DNA of 64,000 nucleotides, taken from assembly GCF_009914755.1 (NCBI RefSeq), contig NC_060947.1; one strand, written 5' to 3'. The position numbers were made by a program, and so were the translations under genes. Source of the stretch: the human T2T-CHM13v2.0 reference genome, Homo sapiens. The notes beneath the pieces were generated by a model that was not told the origin of the DNA, did not search any database, and worked only from the letters and a program-made list of their open reading frames with translations. Shown here in pieces: positions 1 to 13,017 of the stretch (position 1 is its first letter; each line of letters begins with the position of its first letter).

Positions 1-3000
1 CTATGAAAAGGCATGTTCAACTCTGTGAGTTGAAAGCAAACAAAGAAGTTTCTGGAATGCTTCTGTGTAGCTTTTTTGTGAAGATATTTCCTTTTTCGCC
101 ATAGGCCTTAAAACTCTCCCAATGTACACTTGCAGATTCTACAAAAAGGAGATTTCAAAACTGCTCTATCAAAGGAGAGGTTCAGCTCTGGGAGTTGAAT
201 GCACACATCACAAAGTAGTTTCTGAGAATGCTTCTGTGTAGTTTTTCTATAAAGATATTTCCTTTTTCATAATAGACCTCAAAGCGCTCCAAATGTCCAG
301 GTGCAGATTCTACAAAAAGAGGGTTTGTAAACTGCTCTATCAAAGAGAGGTTCAACTGTAGGAGTTGAATGCATACATCACAGAAAAGTTCCTGAGAATG
401 CTTCTGTGTTTTTTTAATATGAAGATATTTCCTTTTTCACCATAGGCCTCCAAACGCTCCAAATGCGCACTTGCAGATTCTACAAAAAGAGTGTTTCAAA
501 ATAGCTCTATCAAAAGAATGCTCCAACTCTGTGAGTTGAATGCACACATCACGAAGAAGTTCCTGAGAATGCTTCTGTCTAGTTTTTGTGAAGATATCCC
601 TTTTCCAGCGAAGGCCTCAAAACGGTCCACATATCCACTTGCAAATTAAAAAGAGTGTTTGAAAACTGCTCTATGAAAAGGAAGGTTCAACTCTGTGAGC
701 TGCAAATAAACATCACAAAGAAGTTTCTGAGAATGCTTCTGTCTAGTGTTTATGTGAAGATATTTCCTTTTTCACCATAGACTTCAAAGTGCTCCAAATG
801 CCCACTTGCAGATTCTACAAAAACTGTTTCAAAACTGCACTATGAAAACAACGCTTCAACTCTGTGAGTTGAATGCACACATCACAAAGAAGTTTGTGAG
901 AATGCTTCTGTCCAGTTTTTGTGAAGATATCCCACTTCCAACGAAGGCCTCAAAGCGGTCCAATATCCACTTGCAAATTCTACAAAAAGAGTGTTTCAAA
1001 GCTGCTCTATGAAAAGGAATATTCAACTCTGTGAGTTTAATGCAAACAACACAAAGAAGTTTCTGAGAATGCTTCTGTGTAGTTTTTAGGTGAAGATATT
1101 TCCTTTCTCACCATAGGCCTCAAAGCTCTCCAAATGTCCACTTGCAGATTCTACAAAATTGAGGTTTCAAAACTGCTCTATCAAAAGAGAGGTTCAACTC
1201 TGTGAGTTGAAAGCACTAAACACAAAGAAGTTTTTGAGAATGCTTCTGTGTAGTTTTTATGTGAAGATATTTCCTTTTTCACCGTAGGCCTCAAAGCGCT
1301 CCAAATGTCCACTTGCAGATTCTACAAAATGAGTGTTCCAAATATCCAGTTGCAAATTAAAAAGAATGTTTCAAAAGTGCGCTATGAAAAGGAATGTTCA
1401 ACTCTGTGAGTTGAAAACAAACATCACAAAGAAGATTCTGAGAATGCTTCTGTGCACTTTTAATGTGAAGATAATTCCTTTTCCACCTCTGGCCTCAAAG
1501 CACTCCAAACGTCCACTTGCAGGTTCTACAAAAAGAGTGTTTCAAAACTGCTCTATCAAAAGAAAGGTTCAACTCCATGAGTTGAATGCACACATCACAA
1601 AGTGGTTTCTGAGAATGCTTCTGTCTAATTTTTTGTGAAGATATTTCCTTTTTCATCATAGGCCTCAAAGTGTTATAAATGACCACTTGCAGATCCTACA
1701 AAAAGAGTTTTTCAAAACTGCTTTACCGAAAGAAAGGTTCAACTATGTGAGTTGAATGCACACATCACAAAGAAGTTTGTGAGAATGCTTCTGTGTAGGT
1801 TTTATGTGAAGATATTTCCTTTTTCACCATAGGTCTCAAAGCGCTCCAAATGCCTACTTGCAGATACTACAAAAAGAATGTTTCAAAACTGCTCTTTCTA
1901 AAGAACGGATCAATTCTGTAAGTTGAATGCACACATCAGAAAGATGTTTCTGAGAATGCTTCTGTCCAGTTTTTGTGAAGATATCACGTTTCCAAGGATG
2001 GCCTCTAAGTCTTCCAAATATCCAATTGCAAATTATGCAAAAAGAGTGTTTCAAAACTGCTCTATCAAAAGAAATGTTCAACTCTGTTAGTTGAGAGTAA
2101 TCATCACAAAGAAGTTTCTGAGAATGCTTCTGTGTAGTTTCATTGTGAAGATATTTCCACTTTCACCATAGGCCTCAAAGCGCTCCAAATGTCCACTTGC
2201 AGCTACTACAAAAAGAGTGTTTCAAAACCGCTCTATCAATAGAAAGGTTCAACTCGGTGAGTTGAATGCACACATCACAAAGAAGTTCCTGAGAATGCTT
2301 CTGTCTAGTTTTGGTGAAGATATCCCTTTTCCAACGAAAGCCTCAAAGCCGCCCAAATATCCACTTGCAAATTCTACAAAAAGAGTGTTTCAAAACTGCA
2401 CTATCAAAAGAAAGCTTCAACTCTGTGATTTGAGTGCACACATCACAAAGAAGTTTCTGAGAATGCTTCTGTCTAGTTTTTATGTAAAAAAATTTCCTTT
2501 TTCACTGTAGGCTTCAAAGCGCTCCAAATGCCCACTTACAGACTCAACAAAAACAGTGTTTCAAAACTGCTGTATCAAAAGAACGCTTCAACTCTGTGAG
2601 TTGAATGCACACATCACAAAGAAGTTTCTGAGAATGCTTCTGTCTAGTTTTTGTGAAGATATCCCGTTTCCAACAAAGGCCTCAAAGCCTTCCAAATATC
2701 CACTTGCAAATTCCACAAAAAGAGTGTTTCAAAACTGCTCTATGAAAAGGAATGTTCTACTCCGTGAGTTAAAAGCCATCCTCACAAAGAAATTACTGAG
2801 AATGCTTCTGTGTAGTTTCGTTTTGAAGATATTTCTACTTTCACCGTAGGCTTCAAAGCACTCCAAATATCCATTTACAGAATCTATTAAAAGAAGGTTT
2901 CAAAACTGCTCTATCAAAAGAGAGTTTCAACTCTGTGAGTTGAATTCACACATCCTAAAGAAGTTTCTGGGAATGCTTCTGTGTAGTTTTTATATGAAGA

Positions 3001-4369
3001 TATTTCCTTTTTCACCATTGGTCTCAAAGCCCTCCAAATGCCCACTTGCAGATTCAACAAAAAGAGTGTTTCAAAACTGCTCTTTCAAAAGAACGGTTCA
3101 ATTCTGTGAGTTGAATGCACACATCAGAAAGAAGTTTCTGAGAATGCTTCTGTTCAGTTTTTGTGAAGATATCCCATTTCAAATGAAGGCCTCAATGCGG
3201 ACCAAATATCCACTTGCAAAACCTACAAAAAGAGTGTTTCAAAACTGCTGTATGAAAAGGAATGTTCAACTCTGTGAGTTTAAAGCAAACAACACAAAGA
3301 AGTTTCTGGTAATGCTGGTTGTGAAGATATTTCCTTTTACACCACAGGCCTCAAAGCGCTCCAATGTCCACTTGCAGATTCTACAAATAGAGTGTTTCAA
3401 AACTGTTCTATCAAAAGGAAGCTTCAACTCTGTGATTTGAGTACACACATCACAAAGTAGTTTCTGAGAACGCTTCTATCAAGTTTTTATGTGAAGATAT
3501 TTCCTTTTTCATCATAGGCTTCAAAGCCCTCCAAATGCCCACTTGCAGATTCTACAAAAACAGTGTTTCAAAACTGCTCTATCATAAGAACGCTTCAACT
3601 CTGTGAGTTGAATGCACACATCACAAAGAAGTTTCTGAGAATGCTTCTGTCTTGTTTTTGTGAATGTATCCCGTTTCCAACGAAGGCCTCAAAGCCTTCC
3701 AAATATCCACTTGCAAATTCTACAAAAGGAGTGTTTCAAAACTGCTCTATGAAAAGGAATGTTCAACTCTGTGATTTGAAAGCAAACTTCACAAAAATGT
3801 TTCTGAGAATGCTTCTGTGTACTTTCGTTGTGAAGATATTTCCTCTTTCACCATAGGCCTTCAAGCGCTCCAAATGTCCACTTGCAGGTTTTACAAAAGG
3901 AGTGTTTCAAAACTGCTCTATCAAAACAAAGCTTCAACTATGTGAGTTAAATGCACACATCACAAAGATTTTTCTGAGAATGCTTCTGTCCAGTTTTTGT
4001 GAAGATATCCCGTTTCAAATGAAGGACTCAAAGCGGTGCAAATATCCACTTGCAAATTCTACAAAAAGAGGGTTTCAAAACTGCTCTATGAAAAGCAATG
4101 TTCAACTCTGTGATTTGAAAGCAAACAACACAAAGAAGTTTCTGAGAATATTTCTGTGTAGTTTTTATGTGAAGATATTTCCTTTTTCAACATAGGCCTC
4201 AAAGATCTCCAAATGTCCACCTGCAGATTCCACAATAAGGAGGTTTCAAAACTGCCCTTTCAAAAGAGAGGTTCAACACTGTGAGTTGAATGCACACATC
4301 ACAAAGAAGTTCCTGAGAATGCTTCTGTGTTGTTTTTATACGAAGATATTTCCTTTTTCTCTATAGGCC
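1..4369 (-). repeat. Alpha-satellite array, divergent mixed A/B monomers (SF5/R1R2-like), inverted relative to the rest of the window
   Basis: ~171-bp periodic motif ...GAATGCACACATCACAAAGAAGTTTCTGAGAATGCTTCTG...GAAGATATTTCC...; box-type monomers read TCCCGTTTCCAACGAAG (e.g. 3669-3685). About 25 monomers. Family label is by eye. Confidence 0.97.
3669..3685 (-). promoter_or_regulatory. CENP-B box, perfect
   Basis: TCCCGTTTCCAACGAAG is the reverse complement of CTTCGTTGGAAACGGGA. Confidence 0.9.
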
Positions 4370-6260
4370 ATTTGAAGCGCTTTGAGGCCTGTGGTGTAAA
4401 GGAAATATCTTCACATAAAAACTGCACAGAAGCATTCTCAGAAACTCCTTTGTGTTGTTTGCTTTCAACTCACAGAGTTGAACATTCCTTTTCATAGAGC
4501 AGTTTTGAAACACTTTTTTTTGTAGAATTTGCAAGTGGATATTTGGACCACTTTAAGGACTTCATTCGAAACGAGGTATCTTCACATAAAAACTAGACTG
4601 AAGTATTCTTACAAGTGTCTTTGTGATGTGTGCATTCAATTCACAGAGTTGAACCTTTCTTTTGATAGAGCAGTTTTGAAAGACTCCTTTGTAGAACCTG
4701 CCACTAGACATTAGGTGCGCTCTGAGGCCTATGGTGAAAAATGAAATGTCTTCATATAAAAACTACACGGAAGCATTCTCAGAAACTCCTTTGTGATGTG
4801 TGCATTCAACTCACAGAGTTGAACATCTCTTTTGATAGAGCAGTTTCGAAACCCTGTTTTTGTAGAATCTGTAAATGGATATTTTGAGGGTTTTGAGTCC
4901 TACGGTGAAAAAGGAAATATCTTCATATAAAAACTACACAGAAGCATTCTCAGAAACTTCTTTTTGTTGTTTGCTTTCAACTCAAAGAGGTGAACATTCT
5001 TTTTCATAGAGCAGTTTTGAAACACCTTTTTTGTAGAATTTGCAAGTGGATATTTCGACCGCTTTGTGGACTTTGTTCGAAGCGGGATATCTTCACATAA
5101 AAACTAGACAGAAGCATTCTCAGAATCTTCTTTGTGACGTGTGCATTCAACTCACAGAGTTGAACCTTTCTTTTGATAGAGCAGTTTTGAAACACACTTT
5201 TTGTAGTTCCTGCAAGTGGACAATTGGAACGCTTTGTGGCCTACGGTGAAAAAGGAAATATCTTCACATAAAAAGTACACAGAAGCATTCTCAGAAACCG
5301 CTTTGTGATGTGTGCATTCAACTCACAGACTTGAGCTTCTCTTTTGATAGAGCAGTTTTGAAACCCTCTTTTTGTAGAATCTGTAATTGGATATTTGGAG
5401 TGCCATGAGGCCTATGGTTAAAAGACAATATCTTCACATAAAAGCTACAGAGAAGCATTCTAAGAAACATTTTTGTGATGTTTGCTTTCAACTCATAGTG
5501 TTGAACATTCCTTTTCATAGAGTAGTTTTGAAACATTGTTTTTGTAGGGTTGGCAAGTGGATATTTGGACCGTTTTGAGGCCTTCTTTGGAAACGGTATA
5601 TCTTCCCAAAAACTGGACAGAAGCATCCTCAGAATTTCCTTTGTGATATGTGCATTCAACTCACAGAGTTGAATATGTATTTGATAGAGCAGTGTTGAAA
5701 AACACTTTTTTTAGGCTCTGCAAGTGGACATTTGGAGCGCTTTGTTGCCTATGGTGAAAAAGGTAATATCTTCACGTAAAAACTACACAGAAGCATTATC
5801 AGAAACTTCTCTCTCATGTGTGCATTCATCTCACAGAGTTCAACATTCCTTTTCATAGAGTGGTTTCTAAACACTCTTTTTGTAGTATTTGCAAGTGGAT
5901 ATTTGGACTGCATTGAGGCCTTCATTGGAAACGGTATACCTTCACTTAAAAACTTTACAGAAGCATTCTCAGAAACTTCTTTGTGATGTGTGCATTTAAC
6001 TCACTGAGTTGAACCTTTCTTTTGATAGAGCAGTTTTGAAACACTCTTTTTGCAGAATCTGCAATTGGATATTTGGAACACTTTGAGGTCTATGTTGAAA
6101 AAGGAAATATCTTCACATAAAAACTAGACAGAAGCATTCTCAGAAACTTCTTTGTGATGGGTGCATTCAACTCACAGAGTTGAAAATTTCTTTTGATACA
6201 GAAGTTTTGAAACACTCTTTTTGTAGAATTTGCAAGTGGATATTTGCAAAACTTTGAGGA

Positions 6261-6277
6261 CTTCGTTGGAAACGGGC
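6261..6277 (+). promoter_or_regulatory. CENP-B box, core intact
   Basis: CTTCGTTGGAAACGGGC matches NTTCGNNNNANNCGGGN. Confidence 0.88.
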
Positions 6278-9200
6278 TATCTTCACATAAAAACTAGACA
6301 GAAGCATTCTCAGAAACTTCCTTCTGATGTGTGCATTCAACTCACAGAGTTGAAACATTCTTTTGATAGAGCAGTTTTGAAATACTCTTTTTGTAGAATC
6401 TGCAAGAGGACATTTGGAGTGCTTTGGGGTCTGTGGTGAAAAAGGAAATATTTTCATATAAAAGCTACACAGAAGAATTCTCAGAAACTTCTTTGTGATG
6501 TGTGCATTCAACTCAATGAGTTGATTCTTTCTTTTGATTGAGCAGTTTTGCAAAACTCTTTTTGCAGAATTTGAAAGTGGACATTTGGAACGCTTTGATG
6601 CCTATGGTGAAAAAGGAAATATCTACACATAAAAACTACGCAGAAGCATTCTTAGAAACTTCTTGGTGCTGTTTGCTTTCAACTCACAGAGTTCAACATT
6701 CCTTTTCATAGAGCAGTTTTGAAACACTCTATTTGTAGAATCTACTCGTGGACATTTGTAGGTCTTTGAGGCCCATGGTGAAAAAGGAACTATCTTGGCA
6801 TAAAAACTACACAGAAGCATTCTCAGGAACTTCTTTGTGATGTGTGCATTCAACTCACAGAGTTGAACCTCTCTTTTGATAGAGCAGTTTTGAAACCCTC
6901 GTTTTGTAATATTTGTAAACGGATATTTGGGGATTTTTGAGTCCCATGGTGAAAAATGAAATATCTTCACATAAAAACTACACCGAAGCATTCTCAGAAA
7001 CTTCTTTGTGTTGTTTGCTTTCAACTCACAGAGTTGAATAATCTTTTTCATAGAGCCGTTTTGAAACACCCTTTTTGTAGAATTTGCAAGTGGATATTTG
7101 GACTGCTTTGAGGACTTCGTTCAAAACGGTTTATCTTCACATAAAAACTAGACAGAAGCATTCTCAGAAACTTCTTTGTGATGTGCACATTCAACTCACA
7201 TAGTTGAACCTTACTTTTGATAGAGCAGTTTTGAAACACTCTTTTTGTGGAATCTGCAAGTGGAAATTTGGAGCGTTTTGAGGCCTATGGTGAAAAAGGA
7301 AATATCTTCACTTAAAAACCAGAAGGAAGCATTCTCAGAAACTGCTTTGAGATGTGTGCATTCAACTCACAGAGTTGAAACTTTATTTTGATAGAGCAGT
7401 TTTGAAACACTCTTTTTATAGAATCTACAGGTGCATATTTGGACAGGTTTGAAGCCTTCGTTGGAAAAGGGATATCTTCACAGAAACTACACAGAAGCAT
7501 TCTCATAAACTTCTTTGTGTTGTCTGCATTCAACTCATATAGTTGAATATTTCTTCTGATAGAGCAGTTTTGAAACTCTGCTTTTGTAGAACATGCCACT
7601 GGACATTAGGAGAGCTTTGAGTCCTATGGTGAAAAAGGAAATATCTTCACATAAAAGCTACACAGAAGCTTTCTCAGAAACTTCTTTGTGATGTGTGCAT
7701 TTAACTCACGGAGCTGAACCTCTCTTTTGATAGAGCAGTTTTGAAACCCTGTTTTTGTAGAATCTGTAAATGGATATTTGGAGCACTTTAAGGCCTATGG
7801 GGAAAAATGAAATATCTTCTCATATAAACTACACAGAATGATTATGAGAAACTTCTCTGTGATGTGGGCATTCAAATCACAGAGTTGAACCTTTCTTTTG
7901 ATAGAGCTGTTTTGAAACGCTCTTTTTGTAGAATCTGCATGTGGACATTTGGAGCGCTTTGAGGCCTACGGTGGAAAAGGAAATATCTTCACATAAAAAC
8001 TACACAAAAGCATTTTCACAAACTGCTTTGCTATGTGTGCATTCAGCTCACAGAGGTGAACCTCTCTTTTGATAAAGCAGTTTTGAAAGCCTCTTTTTGT
8101 ACAATCTGCAACAGGACATTTGGAGCGCTGTGAGGCCAATGGTGGAAAAGGAAATATCTTCACATAAAAACTACACAGAAGCATTCTCAGAAAGTTCTTT
8201 GTGTTGTTTGCTTTCAACTCACAGATATGAACATTCCTCTTCATAGAGCAGTTTTGAAACACTCTTTTTGTGGATTTTGCAAGTGGATATTAGGACCGAT
8301 TTGAGGCCTTCATTAGAAAAGGGATATCTTCACAAAAACTAGACAGAAGCATTCTCAGAAACTTCTTTGTGATGTGTGCATTCAACTCACAGAGTTGAAC
8401 CTTTCTTTTGATAACGCAATTTTGAAACACTCTTTTCATAGAACCTGTAAGTGGACATTTGAAGCTCTTTGGGGCCTATGGTGGAAAAGGAAATATCTTC
8501 ACATAAAAACTAGACAGAAGCATTCTCAGAAACTTCTTTGTGATGTGTGCACTCCACTTACAGAGTTGAAACTTTCTTTTGATAGAGCAGTTTTGAAACA
8601 CTCTTTTTGTAGAATCTACAAGTGGATATTTGGACCGGTTTGAGGTCTTCGTTGGAAAAGGGATATCTTCACAGAAACTAGACAGAAGCATTCTCAGGAA
8701 CTTCTTTGTGATGTGTGCATTCTACTCACAGAGTTGAACATTACTTTTCATATAGCAGTTTCTAAACCCTCTTTTTGTAGAATTTGCATGTGGATATTTG
8801 AACCGCGTTGAGGCCTTCGTTGTAAACGGTATATCTTCAAATAAAAACTATAGAGAAGCATTGTCACAGACTTCTTTGTGATGTGTGTGTTCAACTCACC
8901 GGGTTGAACCTTTGTTTTGATAGAATGGTTTTGAAATACTATTTTTGGATAATCTCCAAGAGGATATTTAGAGCGCTTTGAGGACTATGGTGAAAAAGGA
9001 AATATATTCACATAGAAACTACTCAGAAGAATATCCCTAGAAACACCTTTGAGATGTATGCTTTGAAGTCACAGAGTTGAACCTTTCTTTTGATAGAGCA
9101 GTTTTAATACCCTCTTTTTGTAGAATCTGCAACTGGACATTTGTAGCGCTTTGAGGCCTACGGTGGAAAAGGAAATATCTTAACATAAAAAGTACACAAA

Positions 9201-12200
9201 AGCATTCTCAGAAACTTCTTTGTTATGTGTGTTTTCACCTCACAGAGTTGAACCTCTCTTTTGATAGATCAGTTTTGAAACTCTCTTTTTGAACAATCTG
9301 CAACTGGACATTTGGAGCGCTTTGAGGCCTATGGTGAAAAAGAAAATATCTTCACATAAATACTACACGGAAGCATTCTCAGAAACTTCTTTGTTTTGTT
9401 TGCTTTCAACTTACAGAGTTGAACATTCCTTTTCATAGAGCAGTTTTTAAACACTCTTTTTAAGGAATTTGCAAGTCAGTATTTGGAATGCTTTGAGGCC
9501 TTCTTTGGAAAAGGGATATCTTCACAAAAACTAGACAGAAGCATTCTCAGAAACTACTTTGTGTTCTGTGCATTCAACTCACAGAGTTGAACCTCTCTTT
9601 TGATGGAGCAGTTTTGAAACCCTCTTTTTGTAGAATCTGTAAATGGATATTAGGAGTGCTTTGAGGCCTATGGTGAAAAACGAAATATCTTCACATATAT
9701 CTACACACAGTTTTGAAAAACTCTTTTTGTAGGATCTGCACATGGACATTTTTAACGCTTTGAGGACTATGATGAAAAATGAAATATCTTCACATAAAAA
9801 ACACACAGAAGCATTCTCAGAAACTTCTTTGTGTTGTTTGCTTTCAACTCAGAGGATTCAACTTTCCTTTTCATAGAGCAGTATTGAAACACATTTTTTT
9901 GTAACTTGTAGGTGGATATTTGGACTGCTTTGAGGCTTTGAGGCCTAAGGTGAAAAAGGAAATATGTTAACATAAAATCTACACAGAAGCATTTTCTCAA
10001 ACTTCTTTGCACTCAACTCACAGAGTTGAACTTTCTTTTGATAGAGCAGTTTTGAAACACTGGTTTTGTAGAATCTGCAGGTGGACATTTGGAGTGCTTT
10101 GAGGCCTGTGGTGAAAAAGGAAATATCTTTACAAAGAAACCACACAGAAGCATTCTCAGAAACTTCTTTGTGATGTTTGCTTTCAACTCACAGAGTTGAA
10201 CATTCCTTTTCATAGAGCGGTTTTGAAACACTCTTTTTGTAGAATTTGCAAGTGGATATTTGGACTGCTTTGAGGCCTTCGTTGGAAAAGGGATATTTTC
10301 ACAAAAACTGGACAGAAGCATTCTCAGAATCTTCTTTGTGATGTGTGCATTCAACTCGCAGAGTTGATGCTTCCTTTTGATAGAGCAGTTTTGAAAAACA
10401 CTTTTTATAGTATCTGCAAGTGGACATTTGGAGCGCTTTCGGGCCTATGGTGAAAAAGGAAATATCTTCACATAAAAACAAGAGAGAAACGTTCACAGAA
10501 ACTATTTTGTGATGTGTGCATTCAACTCAGAGAGTTGAACCTTTCTTTTGAGGAGCAGTTTTGAAACACTCTTTTTGTAGAATCTTCAAGTGGACATTTG
10601 GAGCGCTTTAATCCTATGGTCAAAAAGGAAATATCTACCCATAAAAACTAGAAAGAAACATTCTCAGAAACTTCTTTCTGATGTGTGCATTCAATTCACA
10701 GAGCTGAAACATTCTTTTGATAGAACAGTTTTGAAACACTCTTTTTGTAGAATCTGCAAGTGGACATTTGTAGAGTTTTGAGGCCTATGGTGAATAAGAA
10801 AATATCTTCACATAAAAACTACACAGAAGAATTATCAGAAACTTGTTTGTGTTGTTTGCCTTCAACTCACAGAGATGAACATTCCTTTTCATAGAGCAGT
10901 TTTGAAACACTCTTTTTGTAGAATTTGCAAGTGGTTATTTGGACAGCATTGAGGCCTTCATTGGAAACGGGATATCTTCACATAAAAACTAGACAGAAGC
11001 TTTCTCTGAAACTTCTTTTTGATGTGCGCATTCAACTCACAGAGTTGAACCTTTCTTTTGATAGAGCAGTTTCGAAACACTATTTTTGTAGAACCTGCCA
11101 CTGGACATTAAGAGCGCTTTAAGGCCTGAGGTGAAAAAGGAGATATCTTCACATAAAAATTACAGAGAAGCATTCTCAGAAACTACTTTGTGATGTGTGC
11201 ATTCAACTCATATAGTTGAACCCCCCTTTTAATAGAGAAGTTTAGAAACCCTCTTTTTGTAGAATCTGGAACTGGACATTTGGAACGCTTTGAGGCCTAT
11301 GGTGAAAAAGGACATATCTTCATATAAAACTACACAGAAGCATTCTCAGAAACTTCTTTATGTTGTTTGTTTGCTTTCAACTCACAGAGTAGAACATTCC
11401 TTTTCCTAGAGCAGTTTTGAAACATTGTTTTTGTAGAATTTGCAAATGGATATTTGGACCACTTTCAGGCCGTCGTTGGAAAGGGGATATGTTCACATAA
11501 AACCTAGACAGAAGCATTCTCAGAAACTTCTTTATGATGTGTGCTTTCAACTCACAGAGTTCAACATTTCTTTTTATAGAGCAGTTTTGAAACACTCTTT
11601 TTGTAGATCCTGCAAGTGGACATTTGGAGAGCTTTAAAGCCTATGGTGAAGAAGGAAATATCTTCAGATAAAAACTAGACAGAAGCATTCTCAGAATCGT
11701 CTTTGTGATGTGTGCACTCAACTCACAGAGTTGAAGCTTTTTTTTGATATAGCAGTTTTGAAAAACTCTTTTTGTAGAATCTGCAAGTGGACATTTGGAG
11801 AGCTTTGAGGCATGAGGTGAAAAAGGAAATATGTTTACATTAAAATTACACAGAAGCATGCTCAGAAATTTCTTTGTGATGTTTGCTTTCAACTCTCAGA
11901 GTTGAACATTCCTTTTCATAGAGCAGTTTTGAAACACTCTTTTTAATTTTAATTTGGATATTTGGACCACTTTGAGGCCTTCGCTGGAAATGGGATATCT
12001 TCAGAAAAACTAGACAGAAGTATTCTCAGGAACTACTTTGTGATGTGTGCATTCAACTCACAGAGTTGAACCGTTCTTTCAATAGAGCAGTTTTGAAAAA
12101 CTCTTTTTGTAGGATCTGCAAGAGGACATTTGTAACGCTTTGAGGCCTAAGGTGAAAAAAGGAAATATCTTCATATAAAAACAACTTAGAAGCATTTTCA

Positions 12201-13000
12201 GGAACTTTCTTTAGATGTATGCATTCAACTCATAAAGTTGAACCTCTCTTTTGATAGAGCTGTTTTGAAACCCTCTTTTTGTAGAATCTGCAACTGGACA
12301 TTTGGAGTGCTTTGAGGCTTATGGTGAAAAAGGAAATATCTTCACAAAGAAACTACACAGAAGAATTCTAAGAAACTTGTTAGTGTTGTTTGCCTTCAAC
12401 TCACAGAGATGAACATTCCTTTTCATTGAGCAGTTTTGAAACACTCTTTTTCTAGAATTTGCAATTGGATATTTGGACAGCATTGAGGCCTTCATTGGAA
12501 ACGGGATATCTTCACATAAAAACTAGAAAGAAGCATCCTCTGAAACTTCTTTTTGACGTGTGCATTCAACTCACAGAGTTGAACCTTTCTTTTGATAGAG
12601 CAGTTTCAAAACACTATTTTTGTAGAACCTGCCCCTGGACATTAGGAGCGCTTTGAGGCCTGTGGTGAAAAAGGAGATATCTTCACATAAAAACTACAGA
12701 GAAGCATTCTCAGAAACTACTTTGTGATGTGTGCATTCAACTCATATAGTTGAACCCCCCTTTTAATAGAGTAGTTTTGAAACCCTCTTTTTGTAGAATC
12801 TGAAACTGGACATTTGGAGCGCTTTGAGGCCTATGGTGAAAAAGGACATATCTTCACATAAAACTACAGAGAAGCATTATCAGAAACTTCTTTGTGATAT
12901 GTGCATTCAACTCACAGAGTTGAACCATTCTTTTCATAGAGCAGTTTTGAGACAGTCTTTTTGTAGAATTTGCAAGTGGATATTTTGGCCGCTTAAATGC

Positions 13001-13017
13001 CTTCGTTGGAAACGGGC
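13001..13017 (+). promoter_or_regulatory. CENP-B box, core intact
   Basis: CTTCGTTGGAAACGGGC. Confidence 0.88.
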
